From positions 26,743 to 90,742 of the forward strand of contig JBBAKM010000010.1 in NCBI GenBank assembly GCA_040403495.1: 64,000 bases of DNA, read 5' to 3'. Within the stretch, counting starts at the first letter, position 1. Every line of letters begins with the position of its first letter. This stretch comes from Bacteroidia bacterium (GTDB lineage: Bacteria > Bacteroidota > Bacteroidia > NS11-12g > UBA955). Made by a program: the position numbers and the translations under genes. The notes under the pieces were generated by a model, which was given only the letters and a program-made list of their open reading frames with translations, was not told the DNA's origin and ran no database searches. Shown piece by piece: positions 40,253 through 49,822 of this stretch.

Positions 40253-40864
40253 ATGAAAATATTTCTTTCAATTTTAATGCTTTCAACGATTCTTTTTTCT
40301 TGCAAAAAAGACCCCGAAAATCTAATTGAATATCCCAATATTGAAGTTGGTGCTTTTCAGTTTATGCCAATGTATTTTGGGAGCAGTTGGAATTATAAAA
40401 TATATGATTTAAAGCCCACAAAAACATTGAAGGGGTGGGAATATCACAAATACGACTCAATACCAGATATGATTTATTTTTATAACACTATTTATAAAGG
40501 AACAGGCTATGCATATTGGTATAAAAGTAGAACAGATATTAATACTTTTTATTCTGCAAACAATAGTATATTGTTTAATGTCAATTATATTGATTCAATA
40601 AAAGGGAAGCAATATGTTTTAGAAAAAGACAGTAATAGTACACAATATATTTATGGAGGTTTAGATACATTGGAAACAAAGTTTGGCAAAATCCCATGCA
40701 TTGTAAGAAGTGGAGAAACATTTAATTCCACCAAGTATTTTTGGAAAAGGCATTTTGGAAAAGGTATAGGGGTTGTTAAATATGAATCTTATTCAATCCG
40801 AAATAGAGATACATTTAATTGGAAAACAAATGAGCTAGACTCTTATTTTATTAATAGGCCATAG
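40253..40864 (+). CDS. Hypothetical lipoprotein
   Basis: Lipobox LFSCKKD. Confidence 0.4.
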   Translation: MKIFLSILMLSTILFSCKKDPENLIEYPNIEVGAFQFMPMYFGSSWNYKIYDLKPTKTLKGWEYHKYDSIPDMIYFYNTIYKGTGYAYWYKSRTDINTFYSANNSILFNVNYIDSIKGKQYVLEKDSNSTQYIYGGLDTLETKFGKIPCIVRSGETFNSTKYFWKRHFGKGIGVVKYESYSIRNRDTFNWKTNELDSYFINRP

Positions 40865-40907
40865 CAGTTCGCCCCAGTTAATAAAAACAATAAAGCATTC
40901 CGCATAA

Positions 40908-41426
40908 CTAATCTTTTGGTTTTATATAAACAAACCCCAAATATCCTGTTGTAACACATAACTTTACTTTTTGACCCACTTGGCGCGACTCGTATAAGGA
41001 GCCCTTTACATTGAGCCGCTCTTTTTTGCCATTGTTTTTTATGAAAAAATAGTAATTGTTACCTCTATATGTGCTAGCCGCTTTGTCGTAAATGACGAAA
41101 TTTCTGCAATCTATGTTTCTGTCAAATGTTTCATTGATTTTAATGCCACCCCCAATTGAAATGAATATAAAAGAAGCTATTAATAATGACCTAATGCCAA
41201 TGTTGTTTGAGTTTTTGTAGGTATTTAAGTCCTTGATATACAAGTTTAATGTCATATAAATAATATTGCCAATAACAATGCCTGAAATGACAAGAATGAT
41301 TAATGTTTTTAACCAATAGGTGTAGTTTCCGATATTAGAAAAACCAAATGCAAAAACAAGGAATGAGATTAAAACCAAAGGGGTAAAGATGATATCTATA
41401 TCAAAACTCTTTTTTGGTTTCATCAT
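40908..41426 (-). CDS. Hypothetical membrane protein
   Basis: Three TM segments. ORF only. Confidence 0.35.
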   Translation of the reverse strand: MMKPKKSFDIDIIFTPLVLISFLVFAFGFSNIGNYTYWLKTLIILVISGIVIGNIIYMTLNLYIKDLNTYKNSNNIGIRSLLIASFIFISIGGGIKINETFDRNIDCRNFVIYDKAASTYRGNNYYFFIKNNGKKERLNVKGSLYESRQVGQKVKLCVTTGYLGFVYIKPKD

Positions 41427-41576
41427 TTAGTCGCTTTCTTTTTTGTTAATTAGTAAGTTTAAAACCTATTTGAATCTCGTTCAGAAAGTCAGGATTTTAA
41501 ACCGCAAAATAAAAGAAAGCGAAGGTGTTTACAAAATATATTAAAAGAGAAAGAGCTAAGCTAATCACCAATCGAA

Positions 41577-42071
41577 TCAATCGTCATCTTTTTCTTCAGT
41601 GTTTTGTGGGTTGGGAGATGTTGGGTTTTCAGAAGTTCTAATTTCTGTATGTCTAATTTCCCCACCACTAGTTCCAGTTTCTTTTCCAACCATTATTACG
41701 GCAATAGAAAATGCTAGAATTGCCCAATTTAATGTGTTAGAAAAACTAAGTCTTTTGATATTCACCCAGATGCCGAACAAAGAAACTGCTCCTAAAACAT
41801 AGGATAATATTGAAAATGTTTCCGCTATTTCTTCATGGGTTTCAATGTAGTTATTAGAGTTAATTCCTAATTGTTCAATGACTTCTTCGGCCCCTTCTCC
41901 AGTTGACATTGCTGCAATAGAAGCCAAAGCGCCAATAATAAAAATAAGAAAAGATGTTCTTTTGACTGCGTCCGATTTAATGATAAATCCAACGGTCAAT
42001 ACCAATGCCCCAACAATAGGAAAAATAAGGGGTAAGTGGTTTACGGTTAAATGCCAATGTGCTGCGTTCAT
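41577..42071 (-). CDS. Hypothetical membrane protein with an acidic C-terminal tail
   Basis: Four TM segments. ORF only. Confidence 0.4.
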   Translation of the reverse strand: MNAAHWHLTVNHLPLIFPIVGALVLTVGFIIKSDAVKRTSFLIFIIGALASIAAMSTGEGAEEVIEQLGINSNNYIETHEEIAETFSILSYVLGAVSLFGIWVNIKRLSFSNTLNWAILAFSIAVIMVGKETGTSGGEIRHTEIRTSENPTSPNPQNTEEKDDD

Positions 42072-42089
42072 ATCTATTTATTTATTAAG

Positions 42090-42815
42090 TTAAATTTTTA
42101 CACCAAAAAGATACCCTACAAGAGCTGAAAGTCCCATCGCTATTGTTCCCCAAATTGTAATTCGAATGATTGACTTCCTAACACTTGAACCTCCTGTTCT
42201 TGCAGATACAGCCCCTAAAATTATAAGAAAAATGGTGGTTGAGCCATAAAGCCAATATTCCATGCCTTTAACAGGACTGAATAAAATAATTAATAAAGGC
42301 AAAATTCCTCCCAATGTGAAAGCCGCACCAGAAGCAATTGATGCTTGAATTGGCTTAGCTTTACTAATTTCATTTATGCCTAATTCATCGCGAATGTGAG
42401 TGCCTAACGCATCTGTTTCGGTTAGTTCAATCGCTACTTGAAGTGCAGTTTCTTTTTTTAATCCCCTTCTTTCATAAATTTGGGCTAAAATTTCTAACTC
42501 TTCTTGTGGCATTTCCCTAAGTTCTTTTATTTCTCTTTGAATATCAGCATTTTCAGTGTCAGTTTGTGAACTAACTGACACATATTCTCCAGCTGCCATA
42601 GACAAGGCGCCAGCAACCAAACCCGCAACGGTTGCCAATATTATAGGCTCTCTAGAAGTGCTTGCTGCTGCAACACCAATAGCCAAACTTGAAATAGAGA
42701 TTATCCCATCGTTTGCTCCCAAAACAGCCGCTCTAAGCCAATTGCTCCTATGAATGTAATGATTGTCCAAATAATTGTCAATAGTTATCATTTCTTTTAC
42801 TTTTTCTCTGCGCAA
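42090..42815 (-). CDS. VIT1/CCC1 family iron/manganese transporter
   Basis: LRAAVLGANDGIISISSLAIGVAAAS VIT-family signature with C-terminal TM helices. Confidence 0.75.
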   Translation of the reverse strand: MRREKVKEMITIDNYLDNHYIHRSNWLRAAVLGANDGIISISSLAIGVAAASTSREPIILATVAGLVAGALSMAAGEYVSVSSQTDTENADIQREIKELREMPQEELEILAQIYERRGLKKETALQVAIELTETDALGTHIRDELGINEISKAKPIQASIASGAAFTLGGILPLLIILFSPVKGMEYWLYGSTTIFLIILGAVSARTGGSSVRKSIIRITIWGTIAMGLSALVGYLFGVKI

Positions 42816-42924
42816 TTAAGGGAATTAATTTTACATAAAAAATGTTTCTTATCATGAAATGTTATTTTTAAATAACGGAAGTCATTCAACATCTTACTTT
42901 CAATATTTTTGAATGTATATGAGT

Positions 42925-43692
42925 TTATTTTGCCAAGTAACCACCATCAATGGGATGGTAACTGCCATTTACAAATGATGCTTTGTCGCTACTCAACCAA
43001 AGGATCATTTCTGCAATTTCTTCACTTTTCCCCAAACGTCCAATGGGATGTAGCGAAACAATTTGTTGTCTCATTTCATCGTCCAAAGCTTTGAGAAGTG
43101 GGGTGTCAATAAATCCGGGTCCAACTGCATTGATACGAATATTCTGTGCGGCATATTCTAAGGCTGCTGTTTGTGTTAGGCCAATTACGCCGTGTTTGGC
43201 AGCACTATATCCTGACGAACCTGCAAAACCAACAGCACCTAAAATGGAGGAAATATTAACAATACTACCACCGCCGTTTTTTAGCATCGCTTCTATTTGG
43301 TATTTCATACCATAAAACAAACTACTCAAATTAATGGAAATTACTTTTTGCCAACCTTCAATACTCATTTCAACAATAGGATTAAGTTCACCACCTATGC
43401 CCGCATTGTTCACCGCTATGTCCAATTTGCCGTATGTTTTTACAGCAAATGCAACCAAAGCTTGCATGTCCTCTGGCTTGGAAACATCAGTCTTAAAAAA
43501 AGAGGCTTTACCTCCCTTTGAATTGATAGCCGCAGCTCTGGCTTTTCCCTCCACTTCTTGTATGTCGGAAATGACGACATTGGCACCCAACTGAGCATAC
43601 AATTCAGCGCTTGCTTTTCCAATTCCTGATGCGGAACCGGTGATAATAACGGTTTTATTTTTCATTTTTGATTGATGTTTATTCAGGGTCAA
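42925..43692 (-). CDS. SDR family oxidoreductase (3-oxoacyl-ACP reductase-like)
   Basis: TGSASGIGKA Rossmann motif. NNAG. S…YxxxK catalytic triad (YSAAKHG). Confidence 0.85.
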   Translation of the reverse strand: MTLNKHQSKMKNKTVIITGSASGIGKASAELYAQLGANVVISDIQEVEGKARAAAINSKGGKASFFKTDVSKPEDMQALVAFAVKTYGKLDIAVNNAGIGGELNPIVEMSIEGWQKVISINLSSLFYGMKYQIEAMLKNGGGSIVNISSILGAVGFAGSSGYSAAKHGVIGLTQTAALEYAAQNIRINAVGPGFIDTPLLKALDDEMRQQIVSLHPIGRLGKSEEIAEMILWLSSDKASFVNGSYHPIDGGYLAK

Positions 43693-43897
43693 AAGTCACT
43701 TGTTTTGCCTTTTGAAAACTTATGAAATTCCTTTTTTTAATTACATGATTAAATCACTGGAAATTAATTCCTCTTCATTTTTGAAGAAGATTATTTAACG
43801 GAGTGTTTAGTTTAGAATATTCATTTTTAATGGTTAGAAATTTTTAATACGCTTTATTTGACAAAGCAAAAAATTATATCGAATTTCGCAGTTAATT

Positions 43898-44245
43898 ATG
43901 GCAATTAAAATAACAGATGAATGTATCAATTGTGGCGCCTGTGAACCTGAGTGTCCCAATAATGCAATCTATGAAAGTGGTGTTGAATGGAGAATAAAAG
44001 ACGGAACAAATGTGAGTGGAACTTATGTTCTAACAGATGGTACTGTTGTGGATGTTGAAGAGAAATTTGCACCAATAAGTCAAGAGGTCTATTACATAGT
44101 CCCTGATAAATGTACTGAGTGTATGGGTTTTCATGAAGAACCACAATGTGCTGCAGTGTGTCCGGTTGACTGTTGTGTGCCTGATCCTGAAAAAGTGGAA
44201 AATGAAGAAATTTTATTAGAAAGAAAGTCTAGATTACATCTTTAA
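43898..44245 (+). CDS. 4Fe-4S ferredoxin
   Basis: [12 protein letters not shown] and CTECMGF…CAAVCP motifs. Confidence 0.85.
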   Translation: MAIKITDECINCGACEPECPNNAIYESGVEWRIKDGTNVSGTYVLTDGTVVDVEEKFAPISQEVYYIVPDKCTECMGFHEEPQCAAVCPVDCCVPDPEKVENEEILLERKSRLHL

Positions 44246-44249
44246 ATCA

Positions 44250-44993
44250 ATGGATAATAAAGGGACTTGTTTACAATCCTATGTGCCAATTAGGCAAGAA
44301 CCGGCTTCGAGTGCAGAGATGATTTCTGTTTTGGTTTTTGGTGAGTCTTATTCTATAATCAAAAAAGATGAGGAATGGGCCAAAATTAAAACAGACTTTG
44401 ATGACTATGAAGGTTGGATAAGCTCCAATACTATTCAGCCTTTTAATCCAGATTTTACGAAAGTTTGTGATACTTTGTATGCGGAAGCTTTCTGTTTGAA
44501 AAAAAGAATTTTCATTCCTTGTGGTGGCATGATTCCTCACAATGGGAAATTTAAAATAGGGGATGAGCTATATGAATTGAAACACAATTTAAAGCCCAAC
44601 CACCACCTGCCTTTCCGAATACAACTGGAAAATGTAGCTAAATCTTTCCTCAATTCTCCCTATTTGTGGGGAGGAAGAACCTACATGGGTATCGATTGTT
44701 CTGGTTATGTTCAAATGGTATTTAAGGCTTTAGGGCTTAATATTAAAAGAGATACTTCTCAACAAATAGAAATGGGCGTTTCGGTTGAACGCGATGAACT
44801 TCAAGCTGGTGATTTGGTGTTTTTTAAAAAAGAAGACCAATCTAAAGTTTCGCATGTTGGAATAATGCTGAATAAAACAGAAGTAATCCATGCAAGTGGC
44901 ATTGTTCGCATAGATACACTTGCTAAAAACACAATGACGGTTGACAAGCAATTTGTTTACCAAGCAATAGCTTTTAGAAGATTACATTCTTAA
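44250..44993 (+). CDS. NlpC/P60 (C40) family peptidase with an N-terminal SH3-like domain
   Basis: YLWGGRTYMGIDCSGYVQMVF catalytic Cys motif. Downstream His. Confidence 0.85.
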   Translation: MDNKGTCLQSYVPIRQEPASSAEMISVLVFGESYSIIKKDEEWAKIKTDFDDYEGWISSNTIQPFNPDFTKVCDTLYAEAFCLKKRIFIPCGGMIPHNGKFKIGDELYELKHNLKPNHHLPFRIQLENVAKSFLNSPYLWGGRTYMGIDCSGYVQMVFKALGLNIKRDTSQQIEMGVSVERDELQAGDLVFFKKEDQSKVSHVGIMLNKTEVIHASGIVRIDTLAKNTMTVDKQFVYQAIAFRRLHS

Positions 44994-44997
44994 TACA

Positions 44998-45483
44998 ATG
45001 GATTGGAGTAAGGATGATCAATGGAAAAAACTCAGTCGAACTAATAAAAAAAGATACCAATTGGTATTGAATAAGGTCAATCCTTCTAAGTTAATCAAAC
45101 AATTACCAGATTTACACGAGGAAGTTTTTTCTAAAATTGATTGCCTTGATTGCGCTAACTGCTGTAAAAACCATAGTCCTACTTTTAAAGCTACTGATAT
45201 TAAACGAATTAGCAAGTATTTGAAAATCAAAGAAACAGATTTAATTGAAAAATATTTGAAGTTGGACGAAGACAACGATTGGGTATTACTCAACAGCCCA
45301 TGTTCCTTTTTGAATCAAGACAATACATGCCAAATTTATGACGTAAGACCTTCGGATTGTGCAAGATTTCCATACACAGACGAGGATGTATTTATCAAGC
45401 GTAAAAATTTGACTATGGTGAACTCAGCAGTTTGCCCTGCGGTTCATCACATATTAGAAAAATTAATTAAAGTTGAATTGTAA
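44998..45483 (+). CDS. YkgJ family cysteine-cluster protein (UPF0153)
   Basis: CLDCANCCKNHSP … CSFL…NTCQIY CxxCxxCC pattern. Confidence 0.7.
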   Translation: MDWSKDDQWKKLSRTNKKRYQLVLNKVNPSKLIKQLPDLHEEVFSKIDCLDCANCCKNHSPTFKATDIKRISKYLKIKETDLIEKYLKLDEDNDWVLLNSPCSFLNQDNTCQIYDVRPSDCARFPYTDEDVFIKRKNLTMVNSAVCPAVHHILEKLIKVEL

Positions 45484-45485
45484 AC

Positions 45486-47033
45486 TTAGTTAAGTTCATC
45501 ACCAAACTCGTTGAAAATACTAAAGTCAGTTAAATGGTATTGAGGGTCTGCAATGACTTTTACCCATTTTTTGTATTTCCAGTACCAATTCCATCTTACA
45601 CTTTTCATTCCTCCTTTGGTAAGGTATGCTTTGATGATTGGGTTAACTTTTAATCTTAAGTTTTTAATATTTTGAGTATCCCAAATGTAGCAAAGTTTTT
45701 CTTCGATACTGTCGCCTAAAAGCATACTTGAAACCACAGCACCAGTTCCATTGCAACTAGGGCACAGTTCCGCCGTGTTGATATTCATTTCAGGTCTTAC
45801 ACGTTCTCTTGTAATTTGCACCAAACCAAATTTACTCATAGGTAAAATATTGTGTCTAGAACGGTCAGACTTCATTGAAGCTGTTAGGAAATCGTGTAAG
45901 TCTTTTTTGTGAGCAGGACTTTTTAAGTCGATAAAATCAATGACAATGATACCTCCCAAATCACGCAGTCTTAATTGACGGGCAATTTCTTTGGTTGCTT
46001 CTAAGTTTATTTTTAGCGCATTTTCTTGTTGACTTTCAGCATCAGTCGTTTTTCTTCCACTATTCACATCAATAACGTGCATAGCTTCAGTATGTTCAAT
46101 AATTAGGTAAGCACCATTACTGAACATTACATTTTTTCCAAAAGAGCTTTTTATTTGTTTGTCAACTCCAAAGTGCTGATAAATTGGCACTTTACTGTTG
46201 TAATATCTAACCAAAGACTCTTTGCCAGGGGCAATATTGGAGATATATTCTTTTAGTTTAGCGGCATATTCAGAATCATTTACATGGATATTTGAGAATT
46301 CATCATTCAACAAATCTCTGAGTAAAGCTTCAGTTCTTGAAATTTCACCCAATACTTTTTTAACAGGGTGTGCATTTCTAGAATTTGCAATTAGTTTTTC
46401 CCACTGACCAATTAAATTATTAAGGTCAAGTTCAATTTCTTCGATACCAGCGTCTTCGGCAACAGTTCTTATTATTACACCAAAATTAGCAGGCTTGATT
46501 TTGTCAAGCATTTGTTTAAGACGTTTTTTGTGACCGACGTCTGCTATCTTTTTAGATATGGAGGTTTTGTCCCCAAAAGGAACAATAACAGAGAATCTGC
46601 CGGCAAAAGATAGGTCGCAAGTAATACGAGGGCCTTTTGTACCGATAGGTTCTTTAAAAATTTGCACAAGTAATTCATCACCTTTTTTTAGGAGGTCTGA
46701 TATTTTACCTGTTTTTACAATAGGTTCTTCAGTTTCAAACTCAGCAAGACTGGCATTTTTAAGTCCACCTTGTATCACTATTTTACTTAGTTTCTGTACA
46801 GATTTAAAATGAACACCTAAATCGGTATAGTGTAGAAATGCGTCTCTTTCGTGACCCACGTCAAGGAATGCCGCGTTTAAATTCGGCATTATCTTTTTTA
46901 CTTTTGCTAGGTAAACATCTCCAATTTGGAAAGATGATACATGGTCTTCTTTATGTAGCTCCGTTAATTGTTTATTGTACAATAAGGCCACATCAATGCC
47001 ATTTGAGTTCTTATCAATGACAAGCTCATTCAC
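45486..47033 (-). CDS. rng: Ribonuclease G/E family endoribonuclease
   Basis: S1 domain (IGDVYLAKVKKIMPNLNAAFLDVG). DNase I-like and RNase E/G catalytic core motifs. Confidence 0.85.
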   Translation of the reverse strand: MNELVIDKNSNGIDVALLYNKQLTELHKEDHVSSFQIGDVYLAKVKKIMPNLNAAFLDVGHERDAFLHYTDLGVHFKSVQKLSKIVIQGGLKNASLAEFETEEPIVKTGKISDLLKKGDELLVQIFKEPIGTKGPRITCDLSFAGRFSVIVPFGDKTSISKKIADVGHKKRLKQMLDKIKPANFGVIIRTVAEDAGIEEIELDLNNLIGQWEKLIANSRNAHPVKKVLGEISRTEALLRDLLNDEFSNIHVNDSEYAAKLKEYISNIAPGKESLVRYYNSKVPIYQHFGVDKQIKSSFGKNVMFSNGAYLIIEHTEAMHVIDVNSGRKTTDAESQQENALKINLEATKEIARQLRLRDLGGIIVIDFIDLKSPAHKKDLHDFLTASMKSDRSRHNILPMSKFGLVQITRERVRPEMNINTAELCPSCNGTGAVVSSMLLGDSIEEKLCYIWDTQNIKNLRLKVNPIIKAYLTKGGMKSVRWNWYWKYKKWVKVIADPQYHLTDFSIFNEFGDELN

Positions 47034-47069
47034 AACAATTGATTTTTATAAATTAATGACTAGAAAAAA

Positions 47070-47159
47070 CTATTTTTTCTTGTGACGATTTTTTCTCAAT
47101 CTTTTTTTGCGTTTGTGGGTTGCAATTTTGTGTCTTTTTCTTTTTTTTCCGCTTGGCAT
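47070..47159 (-). CDS. Tiny highly basic protein MPSGKKRKRHKIATHKRKKRLRKNRHKKK (AURKAIP1/COX24-domain-like small ribosome-associated protein). Absent from the ORF track.
   Basis: ATG-to-TAG 29-codon ORF read manually on the minus strand. I recall this as a conserved Bacteroidetes micro-ORF family. Confidence 0.55.
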   Translation of the reverse strand: MPSGKKRKRHKIATHKRKKRLRKNRHKKK

Positions 47160-47168
47160 AATTATCTT

Positions 47169-47972
47169 TTATTTTATGGTTTTGGTTAAACTTTGGCCTT
47201 TTTTATTCCAAAGTTCTGATTCTTCTTTGTTTCCCATTAATGCATAAATCTGACTTAATTCAAAGTAGAAATCTGAATTTTGGGGTTGCAAAGATACTAA
47301 TTTTTTAAATCTTTCAATAGCTTTTTCAAATTGATTTGTCTCAATTGACAATTTTCCTAAATAATACAAGGCATCTAGGTTGTTTGAATCCACTGTTATT
47401 ACTTCTTTTAGCAATAGTGCTGGGCGCATTAAATCTGACTGACTTTCAGGCGCTTGCATTCTGTTTATGTTGTAAATAGAGACCGCTAAATCTATTTTAG
47501 CTTCGTTGTTTTTGGGTTTCAAAGCAAGGGATTTTTCTAGATTTTCTCTTGCTTTTTTGGTTATCATTAACTCATTTTTCTCGGCTTCGTGGTTGTAAAG
47601 TTCCATTAAATAATACTTAGCCGCGTCGTGATATTTAATTGGATTGTTTTGCATAGTAGCAAGTTTCTCTGACAAAACTGCCGCATATAAATACTGTTTC
47701 ATTGTATCCAGAAGTTGGATAGATAGAGCCAATCTTGTTGTGTCGGTACTAGTCAGTACGTCTGGTTTTACAACAGTAGTACTACTGCCTATGTTTTTAA
47801 TTAGATTATCAAATTCTTCCTTGATGGAAGCAGATTGAGCTAGGTTTTTTTCTTTGTTTAAAGCTTTAAAGTCAATACTAGCATCACTTCTGTTTAAACC
47901 GAAGTAGGTCAATGAGGCTGTTAAAACAAAAAAAGCAACCCATAAGGTTGCTTTTATGAGAGATTTATTCAT
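47169..47972 (-). CDS. Tetratricopeptide-repeat protein (N-terminal TM anchor)
   Basis: TPR-like A/L/Y periodicity. Single TM. Confidence 0.6.
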   Translation of the reverse strand: MNKSLIKATLWVAFFVLTASLTYFGLNRSDASIDFKALNKEKNLAQSASIKEEFDNLIKNIGSSTTVVKPDVLTSTDTTRLALSIQLLDTMKQYLYAAVLSEKLATMQNNPIKYHDAAKYYLMELYNHEAEKNELMITKKARENLEKSLALKPKNNEAKIDLAVSIYNINRMQAPESQSDLMRPALLLKEVITVDSNNLDALYYLGKLSIETNQFEKAIERFKKLVSLQPQNSDFYFELSQIYALMGNKEESELWNKKGQSLTKTIK

Positions 47973-47981
47973 TCTGCAAAA

Positions 47982-48302
47982 TTAATATTCTTTTTCCTCT
48001 TTTTTAGGAACAAAGTTCGCAGGAATTGAAGTTTTGATTTTTTCAACGAATACTTTCGCTGGTTTGAATTTTGGAATAAAGTGCTCGTCAATTACCAATG
48101 CAGTGTTCTTAGAAATGTTTCTAGCAACTTTTTTTGCTCTTTTTTTCAAAATAAAACTGCCAAATCCACGAAAATATATATTTTCGCCGCTTGCCATGTT
48201 AGATTTCATTACCTTGAAAAATGTTTCAATTGATTCAGAAACGATAACTTTGTCGATACCTGTTTTCTCTGAAATTTCGCTGATGATGTCTGCTTTTGTC
48301 AT
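47982..48302 (-). CDS. hup: HU/IHF family DNA-binding protein
   Basis: MTKADIISEISEKTG…RGFGSF…R.A..…NP HU fold signature. Confidence 0.85.
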   Translation of the reverse strand: MTKADIISEISEKTGIDKVIVSESIETFFKVMKSNMASGENIYFRGFGSFILKKRAKKVARNISKNTALVIDEHFIPKFKPAKVFVEKIKTSIPANFVPKKEEKEY

Positions 48303-48347
48303 ATATTGTATTAATCTTCTTATATTTAACTACTTAAACGCAAAACT

Positions 48348-49391
48348 ATGCAAATTGTTTTAAATATTTTACAATGGTATCAAAAAAAGAAAAGAGATTT
48401 GCCTTGGAGAGCAACAAATAACCCCTATTTTATATGGTTGTCTGAGATTATTTTGCAGCAAACTCAAGTCATTCAGGGGCTTAATTACTATCATAAATTT
48501 ATTGAAAATTTTCCAACAATTTATCATTTAGCATCCGCAAAAGAGGAAGATGTTCTGAAATTGTGGCAAGGGTTAGGTTATTATTCAAGAGCTAGAAATC
48601 TTCATAAGGCTGCCCAAACCATCGTTAATGATTATAATGGAGTTTTCCCAAGTACTTATAATGATGTATTAAAACTCTCTGGAGTTGGTCCCTACACTGC
48701 TTCTGCAATAACTTCTATGGCGTATGAATTGCCTTACCCTGTATTGGATGGTAATGTATATCGTTTTATTGCACGCCTTTATAATATAGACCTGCCTATC
48801 AATCAACCCAAAACTTACACGGCTTTTCAACAAATATTGTCGGAAATGATGGTCAATCAAAAACCATCTATCTTTAACAATGCCATGATGGAAATGGGGG
48901 CAACGGTTTGTAAGCCTGTTCAACCACTTTGTCAAAATTGTCCTGTTTTGTCTTTTTGCGAAGCTTATAAAAAAGGAACCATCAATCAATTGCCAGTCAA
49001 GCTGAATAAGGTTAAAGTGAAAACTAGAGTTTTTAATTACATCTATTTTAATACAGGAGGAACTTTTTATATGGAAAAAAGAGGTCAAAAAGATATTTGG
49101 GAAAATATGTACCAATTGCCTTTAATTGAGACTAATACACCTGTTGGTGAATCAGAGATGATGTTGATGTTGAAGGAAAAACAATGGGGTGATGCATTGG
49201 AAATTAAATTTGAAATGGATTTGTCGCATCAATTAACTCATCAAAAAATATTGGTCAAAGTATGGTCTTGTAACATTGATAATAAATCTTTTAGAACTGA
49301 AAAAGAATGGATTAAAGTTGATGAAGATTCTTATAAAAAATATCCAATTCCCAAATTGATAGAAAAAATAGTATTACATTTGCATGGTTAA
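48348..49391 (+). CDS. mutY: A/G-specific adenine DNA glycosylase
   Basis: LPWR…PY.IWLSEIILQQTQV, HhH-GPD, 4Fe-4S Cys cluster (CKP…C.NCP…C), C-terminal NUDIX-like domain. Confidence 0.9.
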   Translation: MQIVLNILQWYQKKKRDLPWRATNNPYFIWLSEIILQQTQVIQGLNYYHKFIENFPTIYHLASAKEEDVLKLWQGLGYYSRARNLHKAAQTIVNDYNGVFPSTYNDVLKLSGVGPYTASAITSMAYELPYPVLDGNVYRFIARLYNIDLPINQPKTYTAFQQILSEMMVNQKPSIFNNAMMEMGATVCKPVQPLCQNCPVLSFCEAYKKGTINQLPVKLNKVKVKTRVFNYIYFNTGGTFYMEKRGQKDIWENMYQLPLIETNTPVGESEMMLMLKEKQWGDALEIKFEMDLSHQLTHQKILVKVWSCNIDNKSFRTEKEWIKVDEDSYKKYPIPKLIEKIVLHLHG

Positions 49392-49412
49392 TTAACGTCA
49401 TTTTAAGTTATT

Positions 49413-49811
49413 ATGGTAAATAAAGTGTTTCTATTAGGTCGATTAGGGAAAGATCCTGAAGTTCGATATTTCGATAACAACCGCGTTGTTGCTAATTTCA
49501 CTATGGCTACCAACGAGGTGTTTTTGGACAAAAGTGGAAATAAAATTGAACAAACAGATTGGCACAATATAGAAATGTGGGATGCCTTAGCCAAAAATGC
49601 TGAAAAAGTTCTTAAAAAAGGTAGAACATGTTTTATTGAAGGAAAACTTAAAAATGAATCTTGGGTTGATAAAGATGGAAATAAAAAAAGCTTAATAAAA
49701 ATACGAGCTTTACAATTTCAACTAGTCTCTTCACCAAGCAATGTTACAGGCGATATTAACGAAAGAACAGAAACTGGTCACGATTCACACAATGATCCCA
49801 ATTCTTATTAA
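49413..49811 (+). CDS. ssb: Single-stranded DNA-binding protein
   Basis: MVNKVFLLGRLGKDPEVRY… OB-fold. Acidic tail. Confidence 0.9.
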   Translation: MVNKVFLLGRLGKDPEVRYFDNNRVVANFTMATNEVFLDKSGNKIEQTDWHNIEMWDALAKNAEKVLKKGRTCFIEGKLKNESWVDKDGNKKSLIKIRALQFQLVSSPSNVTGDINERTETGHDSHNDPNSY

Positions 49812-49822
49812 TTGATTTTTCA

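Noticed and set aside
42983-43622. Several small ORFs on both strands over the SDR gene
   Set aside because: They are shadow ORFs of the SDR reductase CDS.
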